Part shown: positions 12,052 to 24,567 of the stretch, in pieces
How positions within the stretch are numbered: the first letter of the stretch is position 1
Layout of the letters: each line of letters starts with the position of its first letter
Origin: Eledone cirrhosa
Lineage: Eukaryota
Length of the DNA: 64,000 bases
NCBI GenBank assembly: GCA_964016885.1
Contig: CAXHJY010000645.1
Coordinates: 69,123 to 133,122 of the forward strand
Reading direction: 5' to 3'
Notes under the pieces: model-generated
The model's input: the letters and a program-made list of their open reading frames with translations, nothing else
What the model was told of the DNA's origin: nothing
Databases searched by the model: none
Made by a program: the position numbers and the translations under genes

Positions 12052-12416
12052 AGAGTCAACGGCCATCCGAAAGTGTGTAAATATGTATATAGACATGTCC
12101 AGCGCGGTTAAACCACTGGGAGTGAAGGACCCCTAGCCTTTGTCAGGGCATTCTTCTAGGAGAAGGCAACTCAGGAAACTGGGATAACTCTGACATAAAA
12201 CCTGCGGCTCAGTAGTTACCGATGATGTTGATCTTTTCTTCTTTTCGGGTTATAGCTACTGTCTCTCAGAGAGTGGGATTGGCTCAGTGCACAGCCTTTC
12301 CTCACTTTAAAAAATATCTTCACGCACAGGCATTGCACGATAGAATTGACTAATAATTATTAATAATGGTATATCGTGCAATGACCATACTCGATAACGA
12401 GGTGGCAGCCATCATC
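12051..12416 (+). mobile_element. Diverged relative of the bipartite RTE-derived element
   Basis: Shares AAGAGTCAA.GGCCATCC, CCTAGCCTTTGTCA, CTAGGAGAAGG, GAGAGTGGGA.TGGCT and the terminal ACTCGA.AACGAG.TGGCAGCC, but lacks the zinc-finger segment. Confidence 0.7.
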
Positions 12417-12604
12417 ATGTATGTGTGTTTGTATATATATATGTATGTGTGTGTTTATGTATGTATGTAGATAGGTATGTGTATATCAAGCAATGAGGTA
12501 GGCATCTATGTGATAACTAGACCTGTTAAAAATAGCAGGCCTAACTCCTTCATGTCATCGCTACGGTCTTATGTGTGTATCTATGTATGAGACAAGGAAA
12601 GAAA

Positions 12605-14320
12605 CATCTTTCCTTCTTCTTTGCCCACTTATTCCTGAGAGGGTCGTGAGGGCAGAGTCCTCAAATACTCCTACCAGTGGGTCCTGTCAGAAGCAACCAT
12701 CTCTAACTGATCCGGCTGGATCCCCAATCGAGAGCAACCAAGGTCGTGGATGTTATCCAACTATCTTGCTAGGGGTCTACTCCTGGGTCTCTTGCCGATT
12801 GGTTTTGCCCGTAAAATCTGTCCAGCGATTCATTCCTGAGACATTCTATCCACATATCTGTAGTATCAGAGCTGTGATCTCTCAATTCAGAGATTCTTTC
12901 CTCAGATATTCTAACCACATGTCTGTAGTATCAGAGCTGTGATCTCTCAATTCAGAGATTCTTTCCTGAGACATTCTAACCACATGTCTGTAGTATCAGA
13001 GCTGTGATCCCTCAATTCAGAGATTCTTTCCTGAGACATTCTAACCACATGTCTGTAGTATCAGAGCTGTGATCCCTCAATTCAGAGATTCTTTCCTCAG
13101 ACATTCTAACCACATGTCTGTAGTATCAGAGCTGTGATCTCTCAATCCAGAGATTCTTTCCTGAGACATTCTAACCACATGTCTGTAGTATCAGAGCTGT
13201 GATCTCTCAATCCAGAGATTCTTTCCTGAGACATTCTAACCACATGTCTGTAGTATCAGAGCTGTGATCTCTCAATTCAGAGATTCTTTCTTGAGACATT
13301 CTAACCACATGTCTGTAGTATAAGAGCTGTGATCTCTCAATTCAGAGATTCTTTCTTGAGACATTCTAACCACATGTCTGTAGTATCAGAGCTGTGATCT
13401 CTCAATTCAGAGATTCTTTCTTGAGACATTCTAACCACATATCTGTAGTATCAGATGTGTGATCTCTCAATTCAGAGATTCTTTCCTCAGACATTCTAAC
13501 CACATGTCTGTAGTATCAGAGCTGAGATCTCTCAATTCAGAGATTCTTTCCTCAGACATTCTAACCACATGTCTGTAGTATCAGAGCTGTGATCTCTCAA
13601 TTCAGAGATTCTTTCCTCAGACATTCTAACCACATGTCTGTAGTATCAGAGCTGTGGTCTCTCAATTCAGAGATTCTTTCCTGAGACATTCTAACCACAG
13701 GTCTGTAGTATCAGTGCTGTGATCTCTCAATTCAGAGATTCTTTCTTGAGACATTCTAACCACATGTCTGTAGTATCAGAGCTGTGATCTCTCAATTCAG
13801 AGATTATTTCTTGAGACATTCTAAACACATATCTGTAGTATCAGATGTGTGATCTCTCAATTCAGAGATTCTTTCCTCAGACATTCTAACCACATGTCTG
13901 TAGTATCAGATGTGTGATCTCTCAATTCAGAGATTCTTTCCTCAGACATTCTAACCACATGTCTGTAGTATCAGAGCTGAGATCTCTCAATTCAGAGATT
14001 CTTTCCTCAGACATTCTAACCACATGTCTGTAGTATCAGAGCTGTGATCTCTCAATTCAGAGATTCTTTCCTCAGACATTCTAACCACATGTCTGTAGTA
14101 TCAGAGCTGTGATCTCTCAATTCAGAGATTCTTTCCTGAGACATTCTAACCACATGTCTGTAGTATCAGAGCTGTGATCTCTCAATTCAGAGATTCTTTC
14201 CTGAGACATTCTAACCACATGTCTGTAGTATCGGAGTTGTGATCTCTCAATTCGAGGTAGAAGTGTTGAAATAGCTATTGCAACTTCCTGACCAACCACT
14301 TCCTCTGTGTTCCGACCACT
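12605..14320 (-). mobile_element. RTE LINE 3' fragment interrupted by an internal 65-bp array
   Basis: Minus strand gives STLLPRIERSQLRYYRHVVRMSQER [array] ...RMSQE*IAGQILRAKPIGKRPRSRPLAR*LDNIHDLGCSRLG...VASDRTHW, an RTE C-terminal pattern. Confidence 0.8.
12830..14252. repeat. 65-bp tandem array, ~22 copies
   Basis: Unit CACATGTCTGTAGTATCAGAGCTGTGATCTCTCAATTCAGAGATTCTTTCCTGAGACATTCTAAC. Period 65 checked at 12981/13046. Confidence 0.95.
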
Positions 14321-14579
14321 GTCGAGACCTCTGGCGTCCTTGGGTCCTTGGTCCCTGCAATGCTCATTTCCTTTGAAACGTCAGAAAGAATGTGGTTCGG
14401 ATGAGGAAGGAATTCCGTGAGTTTGGGTGGCTTTTGCAGCAGGTGTCTCTGACCATACTCCGTGTAACACTTTGGCAATTTTGACCACTGGGTCGCGGTT
14501 GAGGCACAGCTCAAACTGGGCTGTAGTGACTCTGGATCAAGCAACAAAAGAAAGGGGATGAGAAAGGGACAAACAACAG

Positions 14580-14760
14580 GACAACCCGTCTAACCCATGC
14601 TAGCGTGAAAGCATGGACATAAAACGGTGATGATAAATGTCAAAGTCCTTTCATAACATTGTGAGGTTTTGTATAATGTAGGTGCGACGGAAAAAGCACC
14701 CAGCACCCACTGTAAATGAGGTTGGTGTTAGGAACGCTCCAGAAAACGAGCCAAAATCAG
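14580..14760 (+). mobile_element. SINE fragments (RTE-type tail and body piece)
   Basis: CCGTCTAACCCATGCTAGCGTGAAAGCATGGACATAAAACGGTGATGAT is a hairpin with a TGA tail. AAAAAGCACCC...GGTTGGTGTTAGGAA is a body-like piece. Recognised by resemblance only. Confidence 0.45.
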
Positions 14761-14838
14761 TTATCTCTCTCGCTCCCAACTCTCTTATCCTCTCTCTCTT
14801 TCCCCTTCCTCTACCCTTTCTTCTTCTTCTTCTTTTTC

Positions 14839-14869
<31 letters not shown>

Positions 14870-14945
14870 TTTCTTTTTCATTTTCTTTTTCTTCTTTGCT
14901 TTCTTCTTTCTTTTTCCTCGTCTTCATGTTCATTTTTACGGCATC

Positions 14946-15040
14946 CATAAAATAAAGTACCAGTAATATACTGGGGTCGATTTAACCGACTTTCCCCTCC
15001 CCACAAATTACTGTTCTTGTGCCTATAGCAGAAATTATTA
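14946..15040 (+). mobile_element. SINE 3' fragment
   Basis: ATAAAATAAAGTACCAGTAATATACTGGGGTCGATTTAA...CTTGTGCCTATAGCAGAAATTATT matches the 3' half of the other SINE copies. Confidence 0.7.
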
Positions 15041-15769
15041 TTAGTAGTAGTAATGGTAGTGGTAGTAGTAGTAGTGGGAGTGGCAGTAGTAGTAATAGTA
15101 GTAGTAGTGGTAGTAGCAGTAGTAGTAGTAGTAATACTATCAGTAGTAGTAGCAACAGTAGTAGTCGTAGTAGTTGTAGTAGTAGTTGTAGTAGTAGTTG
15201 TAGTAGTAGTAACAGTAGTAGTAGTGTAATTGTTATCATTATTATTGTTACTCTATTTACTGTTAATCGATAATCGATTTTGTATTCTGTGTTTTCTGTT
15301 AACTTTCTGATTGTTGCTCATATTATTGAACTGGTAGTGGTGGTAGTGGTGGTGGTGTTTGTGGTGGTGTGGAGGTGGTGGTGGTGTGGTGGTGGTGGTG
15401 GTGGTGTGGAGGTGGTGGTGTTTGTCCTAAGTGTGGTGATTGTGGTAGTAGTTGTGTTGTTTTTGTGGTGATGGTGCTGCTGCTGTTGGTGGTAGTGGTA
15501 GTAGTACTAGTGGTAGTAGTGGTGGTGGTGGTGGTGGTGGTGGTAGTAGTACTAGTGGTGGTGGTGGTGGTGGTAGTGGTGATCTTAGCCACAGGCAAAC
15601 ACACGCACACAGACATACAGACACACAGACACACACACACACAGACACACATAAACGCAGACACACACATACACACACATAGACACACACACAGACAGAC
15701 ACACACACATAGACACACAGACATACAGACAGACAAACACACACACACACACACACAGACTCACACAGA

Positions 15770-15816
<47 letters not shown>

Positions 15817-16121
15817 TCACACACACATAGACATAGACACAGTCACACACACACACACACACTCACACACACACACAGACAGTCACACATACACACATAC
15901 AGTCACACATACACACACAGACACTCACATAGACAGACTCACACACACACACACATCCCACCACCACCACCACCCCACACGGCTATAAATTACACACCTA
16001 GGTTTGGCCTTATCTATGATAACTGGATCGAAGTGACTTCTCATAAAACTCAAACAATAAGACACAAAATCAACACCCTTGAAAATACGCTCTTTCAGCC
16101 CTCAATACATTATATATGTAT

Positions 16122-16718
16122 GGGTGGTGGATTGGCAGAATCGGTAGAGGGTCGGACACCATGCTAGGGTGGTGGATTGGCAGTATAGGTAGAGGGTCGG
16201 ACACCATGCTAGGGCGGTGGATTGGTAGTATTGGTAGAGGGTCGGATACCATGCTAGGGCGGTGGATTGGTAGTATTGGTAGAGGGTCGGACACCATGCT
16301 AGGGCGGTGGATTGGCAGTATCGGTAGAGGGTCGGACGCCATGCTAGGATGGTGGATTGGCAGTATCGGTAGAGGGTCGGACACTATGGTAGGGTGGTGG
16401 ATTGGCAGTATCGGTAGAGGGTCGGACACCATGCTAGGGTGGTGGAGGGCAGTATCGGTAGAGGGTCGGACGCCATGCTAGGGTGGTGGATTGGCAGTAT
16501 CGGTAGAGGGTCGGACGCCATGCTAGGGCGGTGGATTGGCAGTATCGGTAGAGGGTTGGACACCATGCTTTGACGCATAGAGTTACGGCCCTTGCCATTC
16601 TGTGTTCAAATCCCGCCGAGGTTAACTTTGCCTTTCATCCTTACGGGGTCGATAAAATAAAGTACCAGTAATGCACTGGGGTAATTGCTGGCCTTGTGCA
16701 AATAGTAGAAACAATTAT
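16122..16718 (+). mobile_element. tRNA-headed SINE whose 45-bp 5' head is amplified ~10 times
   Basis: Unit GGTGGATTGGCAGTATCGGTAGAGGGTCGGACACCATGCTAGGGT (A-box-like TGGCAG.ATCGG) spans 16122-16570 and runs directly into B box GTTCAAATCC and the SINE core. Confidence 0.85.
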
Positions 16719-17835
16719 ATACTGAATGTAGGCCCCCGAAGCCCCTGGTAGCGAGGAAGGGGTCACGTTTTAACATACAGAGTTTCTTGGGTATATCTTA
16801 AAACCTGGCGGAACCCATCTTTTTCTTGGTTTGAATACAGTAGGTTTCTTCCGGAGAAGGATAGAGACTGAGAGAGAGAGTGTGTGAGAGATATAGTGAG
16901 GGTGAGATAGAACGAGAGAGAGAGGGAGATAAAGAGAGTGAGATATATAGTGAGGGTGAGAGAGAAAGAGAGAGAGAGAGAGTGAGTGAGAGATATAGTG
17001 AGGGTGTGAGAGAACGAGAGAGATGGGAGATAAAGAGAGTGAGATATATAGTGAGGGTTAGAGAGAAAGAGAGAGAGTGAGATATATAGTGAGGGTGAGA
17101 GAGAAAGAGAGAGAGAGAGATATGTAGTGAGGGTGAGATAGAACGAGAGAGAGAGGGAGATAGAGAGTGAGATATATAGTGAGTGTGAGAGAGAAAGAGA
17201 GAGTGTGAGATATATAGTAAGGGTGAGAGAGAAAGAGAGAGAGAGAGTGAGTGAGACATATAGTGAGGGTGAGAGAGAACGAGAGAGAGAGGGAGATAAA
17301 GAGAGAGATAGAGAGAGTGAGATATATAGTGAGGGTGAGAGAGAAATAGAGAGTGAGATATATAGTGAGGGTGAGAGAGAAAGAGAGAGAGAGAGAGATA
17401 GTGAGGGTGAGAGAGAAAGAGATAAAGAGCTTACACACACACACACACCTACACACAAAAACAAACACACACACATACCTACACATATACTCACATACAT
17501 ACACACACAAACAGACATACACACACATACAAAGACACACATACACACACCTACACACACACAAAGACACACAGTATAACATATACACACACAGACACAC
17601 ACACAAAGACACACCTACACACCTTTACATACACACACCTATACACAGACACAGTATAAAATATACACACACAAACACACACACACCTACACACACAAAG
17701 ACGCACATACACAGCTAACCACACACATACACACAACTACATACACACACAAAGGCACACTAACACACACCTAAACACACACACGTACACACACACATAC
17801 AGACACACCTACACACTCAAAGACACATACACACA

Positions 17836-17874
<39 letters not shown>

Positions 17875-18788
17875 AGACACACATACACACATACAAAGAC
17901 ACACATACACCTACACACAAATACACACACACACCTAAACACAAACACACAGTATAAAACACACACACAGTATAAAACATACACACACCGAGACACACAC
18001 ACACCTACACACACACACCTACACACACACACACCTACACACAAAAAAGAGACACTATATAAAACACAAATCAATACGGGAAACAATAGGTCTTTTCAAT
18101 AAACATCTTCGATCTGTGATTATTAATTACAATATTGATTTTTCACACAAAAAATACGTCAGGTAAATAATATGGGACAACATTCGGTTCACCTCAGACA
18201 CCGCACCTTTTTCACCTGTTTGGTCATTACGCCACACCACGCCACCTGACTGTTATATCTGATAGAGAGGGGGAGGGTAGGCGTGAATGGTGGGAGGGGG
18301 AGAATGGTGGGAGGGAGATTGATGAGAGGGAGATGGGGATATGATGTATATGTATATATATAAATAAATATATATAGTGTATATGTGTGTATATATATAT
18401 ATGTGTGTGTGTATATGTATATATATATGTGTATCTGTGTATATGTGTATGTATGTGTATATGTGTATATGTATATATGTATGTATATATGTGTATGTAT
18501 GTATGTATATATATATATATATATATGTGTGTGTATATGTATATATATATATATATATGTGTAAATGTATATATATATATGTGTATATGTATATATCTGT
18601 ATATGTGTGTATATGTATATATGTGTATATGTGTATATATATATGTAAATCTGTATATATATGTATGTATATATGTATATATGTGTATGTATTATGAATA
18701 TATGTGTATATGTGTATATATATACGTATATGTATATATATATATGTATGTATATGTATTGATATATATGTATGTATATGTATTGATA

Positions 18789-18851
<63 letters not shown>

Positions 18852-18871
18852 TTTATTAAAGCTAAATAGTT

Positions 18872-18920
18872 AATCATGTTACTCAGGAGTTTCGCCAGTT
18901 TACGGCTCATCAGAGGATCG
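18872..18920 (-). ncRNA. Hammerhead ribozyme core, family E
   Basis: Minus strand reads GATCCT-CTGATGA-GCC gtaaact GGC-GAAA-CTC ct GAG-TA-ACATGATT. Core, helix II, helix III and the GUA triplet are canonical, but helix I pairs poorly. Confidence 0.7.
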
Positions 18921-19183
18921 CAGGCAAGAAAACGATACTGCGAGGTTCCATTACTAACACATACACATATATACACATACATACATATATATATACACAT
19001 ACACACATTCTCTATAATGTTCAGGCATATATACACACGCAAATATATTCTCTTTTCTGTCTTCCTTCCACCCCGCGTCTCTTTCTACACCCACCACTTC
19101 TTTCTCCCTCTCTCTGTCTCTTTTAGATTGTCTCTCTCTTTCTCACACACACTCTCTCTCTCTTTCACTCTCTCTCTCTTTCA

Positions 19184-19215
<32 letters not shown>

Positions 19216-19222
19216 TTCAGAT

Positions 19223-19256
<34 letters not shown>

Positions 19257-19260
19257 AGAT

Positions 19261-19298
<38 letters not shown>

Positions 19299-19302
19299 AG
19301 AT

Positions 19303-19350
<48 letters not shown>

Positions 19351-20009
19351 AAACTGTCTCTCTCTCTTTCAAAATGTCTCTCTCTTTCTTACACACTTTC
19401 TCCCACCCTTTCTCTCTCTCATTCTTTCACACTCTTTTGTTCTCTTTCTCACGCTCTCTCTCTCTTTCACTCCCTCTCTCTCAAACTCTCTTTTTCACTC
19501 CCCCTCTTTCTCATACTGTCTCTCTCTCTTTCTCACACTCTCCCTCTCTCTTTCTCACACTTTCCCTCTCTCTTTCTCACACTCTCCTTCTCTTTCACTG
19601 CCCCTCTCTTTCATACTGTCTCAGATTCACTCCCCTTCTCTTTCCCTCTCCTTAGCTCTCTCTTTCCATCTCTCACCTTCGGTCTTTCCCTCTCTCTATT
19701 TCACTTTCTCTCCTCTACTCTCTCTTTCACTTTCTCTCCTTCACTTTCTCTCCTTCACTTTCTCTCCACTTTCTCTCCTTCACTCTCTCTTTCCCTCATT
19801 CCTTCTTTCTCCTCTTTTCCCTCCCTCTCTTTCACTCCCCCTCTTTTACACTGTATCTCTCTTTCTCCCACACTCTCTCTCCTCTCTCTCCTTCACGCTC
19901 TCTTTCTCCTCCTCTTTTTTTCTCCCTCTCGCTTTCTTTCTCTTTTCTCTCTGTCTGACTGCCTGCATGTCTTTCTCGTTTCCCTGATCTTCCATCACCA
20001 AGCAAGTTT

Positions 20010-20260
20010 CTATTCATTGTGACCACGTGACATTGTCACGTGCCTCACCAAACGGAAGTCGTTCAATGCACAGCATGCTGTTTTCACCTCACGGCATTCT
20101 GACAGAACTTTATGCCTCCTCCAACACACCACCCACTCCACCTACAATCATGCTGAATCCGCCATCTTGGAAACTTTTGAACTTTGAACTATTACTTCAT
20201 CAGGCAGCCAGACACAGCAATGGCTGACACTTCGAAGTCACTGACATTTGCTTTTATCCT
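20010..20260. promoter_or_regulatory. Candidate cis-regulatory island
   Basis: Non-repetitive island with two CACGTG E-boxes (20024-20042), ETS-like CGGAAGT (20053) and YY1-like CCGCCATCTTG (20159). Motif evidence only. Confidence 0.35.
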
Positions 20261-20390
20261 TTTTCTGTTTCTTCAGAATATATATTTACACTCGGCTCAC
20301 ATGTATTGAGTGCTAACTCAGTTAATATCTGGAAATGTTATGTACGATAGTAATATAGTATTGAAGCCACCCACTTATATATATATAAAT

Positions 20391-20441
20391 GTCTTCTACA
20401 GGACTAGAACTGTTTCATTCGGGAGAAATCATCAAGAAGCC
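20391..20441 (-). ncRNA. Type I hammerhead ribozyme, family H (C3U core variant)
   Basis: Minus strand reads GGCTTC-TTGATGA-TTTC tccc GAAT-GAAA-CAG ttctagtc CTG-TA-GAAGAC. Helix III is A-CAG/CTG-T, the triplet is GUA, and helix I is GGCTTC/GAAGAC (GAAGCC in the 40371 copy). Confidence 0.65.
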
Positions 20442-20670
20442 CTTACTTACTGTGGTTACCCCCGATTGGACCCGGGATAAACTTATATATATATATATAT
20501 GAGAGAGGGAGAGAGAGTGGGGAAGATATATATATATAAAGAGAGAGAGAGACATACATACAAAGTGAGAGAAAGATATCCATACAGACAGACATGCATA
20601 CAGAGAGAGAGAGAGTGAGAGAGAGAAGACAGACATATAGAGAGAGACCGAGAGAGAGAGATATCCATAC

Positions 20671-20722
<52 letters not shown>

Positions 20723-21260
20723 GAAGATATATATATATAAAGAGAGAGAGAGACATACATACAAAGAGAGAGAAAGATATAAAGACATACATGCATACAG
20801 AGAGAGAGAAGACAGACATATATAGAGAGATATATCCATACATACAGAGAGAGAGAGAGAGAGAGAGAGGGGAAGTGAGAGAGAGAGGGAGGGAGCGTGA
20901 CAGAGAGTAATTGGGTGAGCGTAATAAAAGAAAAATGAAAATGAAAGAATCCCGTTAGAATAAAAACAGAGAGAGAATCCATTTTGAATGTTTTTTTTCC
21001 CGCCGGCGGTATTGAGAAAATAAAATGGTGGACCTGCTTTGTATTGTAAGCGAAGCAATAGAGCCAGCCAGACTATCAGCAACTCATCTATTACATAGGC
21101 AAACAAAGGCATGATAAACACACACACGATCGTTATAGTCATCATCATCATCATCGTCTTAACCATCAACATAGCCATCATCATCATAATCATCGTCTTC
21201 ATCATAATTTTTGATATCATTATTTTTGGTATTATGTTGTCGTTGTTGTTGTCATTATTG

Positions 21261-21303
<43 letters not shown>

Positions 21304-22251
21304 TACTACTACTACTACTAAAATAAAGAAAACATTATTATTATTAGTAGTAGTAGCAACAGTAGTAGTAGCAGCAGCAGTAGTAGTAGTAGAGCAGCAG
21401 TAACAGTAGTAGTAGAAGCAGCAGCAGTAGTAGTAGTAGTAGTAGTAGCAGTAGTAGTTATAGTAGTAGTAGTAGTTGTAGTAGTGGCAGTAGTAGTAGT
21501 GGTAGCAGTAGTAGTGGTAGCAGTAGTAGTAGTAGTAGTAGTGGTAGTTATAGTAGTAGCAGCAGTAGTAGTAGTAGCAGTAGTAGTAGCAGGAGCAGTA
21601 GTAGCAATAGAAGTAGTAACAGTAGTAGTAGCAGCAGCAGTAGTAGTAGTAGCAGCAGCAGTAGTTATAGTAGTAGCAGCAGCAGTAGTAGCAGCAGTAG
21701 TTATAGTAGTAGCAGTGGTAGTAGTAGTAGTAGCAGGAGCAGTAGCAGCAGTAGTAGAAGTAGTAACAGTAGTAGTAGCAGCAGCAGCAGTAGAAGTAGT
21801 ATTGTCCTCATAAGATTTATTAATATTATTTCATTATTAATCATTATTATAATAAACAAATGATGTTACAATTGTTTTTCTTCTCATTGTTGTTGTTCTT
21901 CTTCTCTTCCTTCTTTTGTCTTCGTCTTCTTCGCCATAATTTTCTTTTTCTTGCTCCTTCGTCTTCTTTTTCTTCTTTTTCTTTTCCTTTTTCTTTTCCT
22001 TTTTCTTTTTCTTTTTCTCTTTTCCTTCGTCTTCGTTTTCTTTTTTCTTTTTCTTCTTTTACTTCTTTTTCTTCTTTTACTTCTTTTTCTTTTTCTTCTT
22101 TTTCTTCTTTTTCTTTTCCTTTTTCTTTTACTTTTTCTTTTTCTTTTTTCGTCTTATTTTCTTCTCCTTTTTTTGTCTTCTCCTTTTGTCTTCTCCTTCT
22201 GTCTTCTCCTTCTGTCTTCTTCTCCTGTCTTCTTCTTCTGCAACGTTACAG

Positions 22252-22455
22252 CACCAGTAATACACTGGGGTCGATGTAATCGACTTTCCCCTCCCCCAAA
22301 ATTGCTGGCCTTGTGCCTATACTAGAAATCATCATTAATATTAGCCCGCCGAGGTCAACTTTGCCTTTCATCCTTACAGGGTCGATAGAATAAAGAACCA
22401 GTAATACACTGGGTTAATTGCTGGCCTTGTGCCAAAAGTAGAAACAATTATTATT
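22252..22455 (+). mobile_element. Two adjacent SINE fragments
   Basis: ACCAGTAATACACTGGGGTCGATG...TTGTGCCTATACTAGAAATC, then CCCGCCGAGGTCAACTTTGCCTTTCATCC...GTAGAAACAATTATT. Confidence 0.75.
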
Positions 22456-22805
22456 ATTAATAGTAGTACTAGTAGTAGTAGTAGCAGTGGTGGTGGTGGT
22501 GGTAGTACTAGTACTAGTACTAGTAATAGTAGTAGCAATAGTAGTGGTGATGGTGGTGGTAGTAATAGTACTAGTAGTAATAGTAGTAGTAGCAGCAGTA
22601 GTAGTAGTAGTAATAATACGTGTTTTCTTTTTCTATCTTCTTCGCCGTTGTCTTCTTGTAATATTGTTAATGTACTGCCGTTCCTGTTGTTGTCGATTTT
22701 AATGGTGGTGTTGTTATTGTTGTCGTATGTAAATACACAAAGAAAGAAAGAAGGGAAGGAAGGAAGGAAGCGATTATTCATGATTCATTATCACAGTCGT
22801 TAAAG

Positions 22806-23272
22806 AATCGGCAGAGCGTCGGTCGGAACGTCGTGTGGCGTGTGTTCCGGTTCTTTATGTTCTCTCTTCAAATCACGTCAAACTCAATTTTGCTTCTAAT
22901 TCTTCCATTAAAAATTTACCAGTAATGCACTGGGGTCGATTTAATAAACTTTTCCCTCTCCTTTCAAATTGCTGGCCTTGAGCCAAAATTGACAGTAATC
23001 GGTAGCTTAGTGGCATAGAGTAACGGCTCTTTACGTGTTGAGTTCAAATCCCGCCGAGGTTAGCTTTGCCTTTCATCCTTACGGGGTCAATCAAATAAAG
23101 TACCAGTAATGCACTGGGGTAATTGCTGGCCTTTGCCAAAATTGATAGTATCGGTAGAGCCTCGGACAACATGCTTAGTGGCATAGTGTTACGGCCCTTT
23201 ACGTTCTGAGTTCAAATACTGCCGAGGTTAACTTTGCCTTTCATCCTGACAGGGTCGATAAAATAAAGTCCC
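22806..23272 (+). mobile_element. Three head-to-tail SINE copies
   Basis: B-box/core segments GTTCAAAT...GAGGTTA.CTTTGCCTTTCATCC occur at ~23040 and ~23210, with a diverged copy at ~22865. The last copy joins a CR1 fragment. Confidence 0.75.
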
Positions 23273-23274
23273 AA

Positions 23275-24190
23275 TGACTTGGTAGACACCCACAAAATTA
23301 TTAACCATCTGACCAACAACAACTCTGAGCACCTTTTTCATTTCCATGTGTCTAACACACGTGGACATGCCTACAAAGTTAGAAAACAGCACAGCTACCA
23401 TGATTTTCGGAAACATTTTTTCATGGTCAGAGTTGCTGAAGCATGGAACAAACTACATGCATCGGTTGTTAGCTGTCGAGACACTGCATCCTTTAAAACT
23501 TCCATGGAACAAACTACCTACATCAGTTGTTAGCTGTCGAGACACTGCATCCTTTAAAACCTCCATGGAACAAACTACCTACATCAGTTGTTAGCTGTCG
23601 AGACACTGCATCCTTTAAAACCTCCATGGAACAAACTACCTGCATCAGTTGTTAGCTGTCGAGACACTGCATCCTTTAAAACCTCCATGGAACAAACTAC
23701 CTGCATCAGTTGTTAGCTGTCGAGACACTGCATCCTTTAAAACCTCCATGGAACAAACTACCTACATCAGTTGTTAGCTGTCGAGACACTGCATCCTTTA
23801 AAACCTCCATGGAACAAACTACCTACACCAGTTGTTAGCTACCGAGACACTGCATCCTTTAAAACCTCCATGGAACAAACTACCTGCATCAGTTGTTAGC
23901 TGTCGAGACACTGCATCCTTTAAAACCTCCATGGAACAAACTACCTGCATCAGTTGTTAGCTGTCGAGACACTGCATCCTTTAAAACCTCCATGCTTCCT
24001 GAAATTCACCAACATTACACCTAATATTCCACCTCGATACACACGCACACGTGTATCTTTGTGTATACCATGACTCATACACTGTTTACTTTCCAGACAT
24101 TTGTACATTATTCTATGTACTATACATGCACCGTTGATGAGTTGTAGTGTACCTGAGCACTGTACACAATCATTTTCATTATATCATGAC
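23275..24190 (+). mobile_element. CR1-group LINE 3' fragment with internal 61-bp array
   Basis: DLVDTHKIINHLT...NTRGHAYKVRKQHSYHDFRKHFFMVRVAEAWNKLHASVVSCRDTASFKTSM matches the CR1 ORF2 C-terminal pattern TRGH..K...R..FF..RV...WN.L...VV.......FK. Confidence 0.85.
23442..23994. repeat. 61-bp tandem array, 9 copies
   Basis: Unit CATGGAACAAACTACCTGCATCAGTTGTTAGCTGTCGAGACACTGCATCCTTTAAAACCTC, bounded by CATG microhomology. Confidence 0.95.
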
Positions 24191-24567
24191 TCATACACTG
24201 TTCAGTTTCCTTATTATTATTATTATTCATTATCATAGAGTATTATATAGAGTGTATATAATATGCGTATAGTACCTACTAGTGTTATGTTCTGAGGATC
24301 TATATATTTATAAATGTTAGGTACTTTATATAATATATATACAGTAACTAGTAGTTATATTTTCTGATGATGTATATTTTTTATACAGCAACACATCCAA
24401 CACCACCACCTCCAAAAACACCACCACCACACCACCTCCAAAACACCACATGCACCACAACCTCCAATACTAACTACAGTAAAAACACCACCTCCATCAC
24501 CACCAATACCACCACCTCCAACACCACTACCACTTCCAACAATACCACCTCTAACAACACCACCAAC

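Noticed and set aside
16575-16625. tRNA gene (B-box GTTCAAATCC)
   Set aside because: No cloverleaf is formed. It is the head of a SINE.
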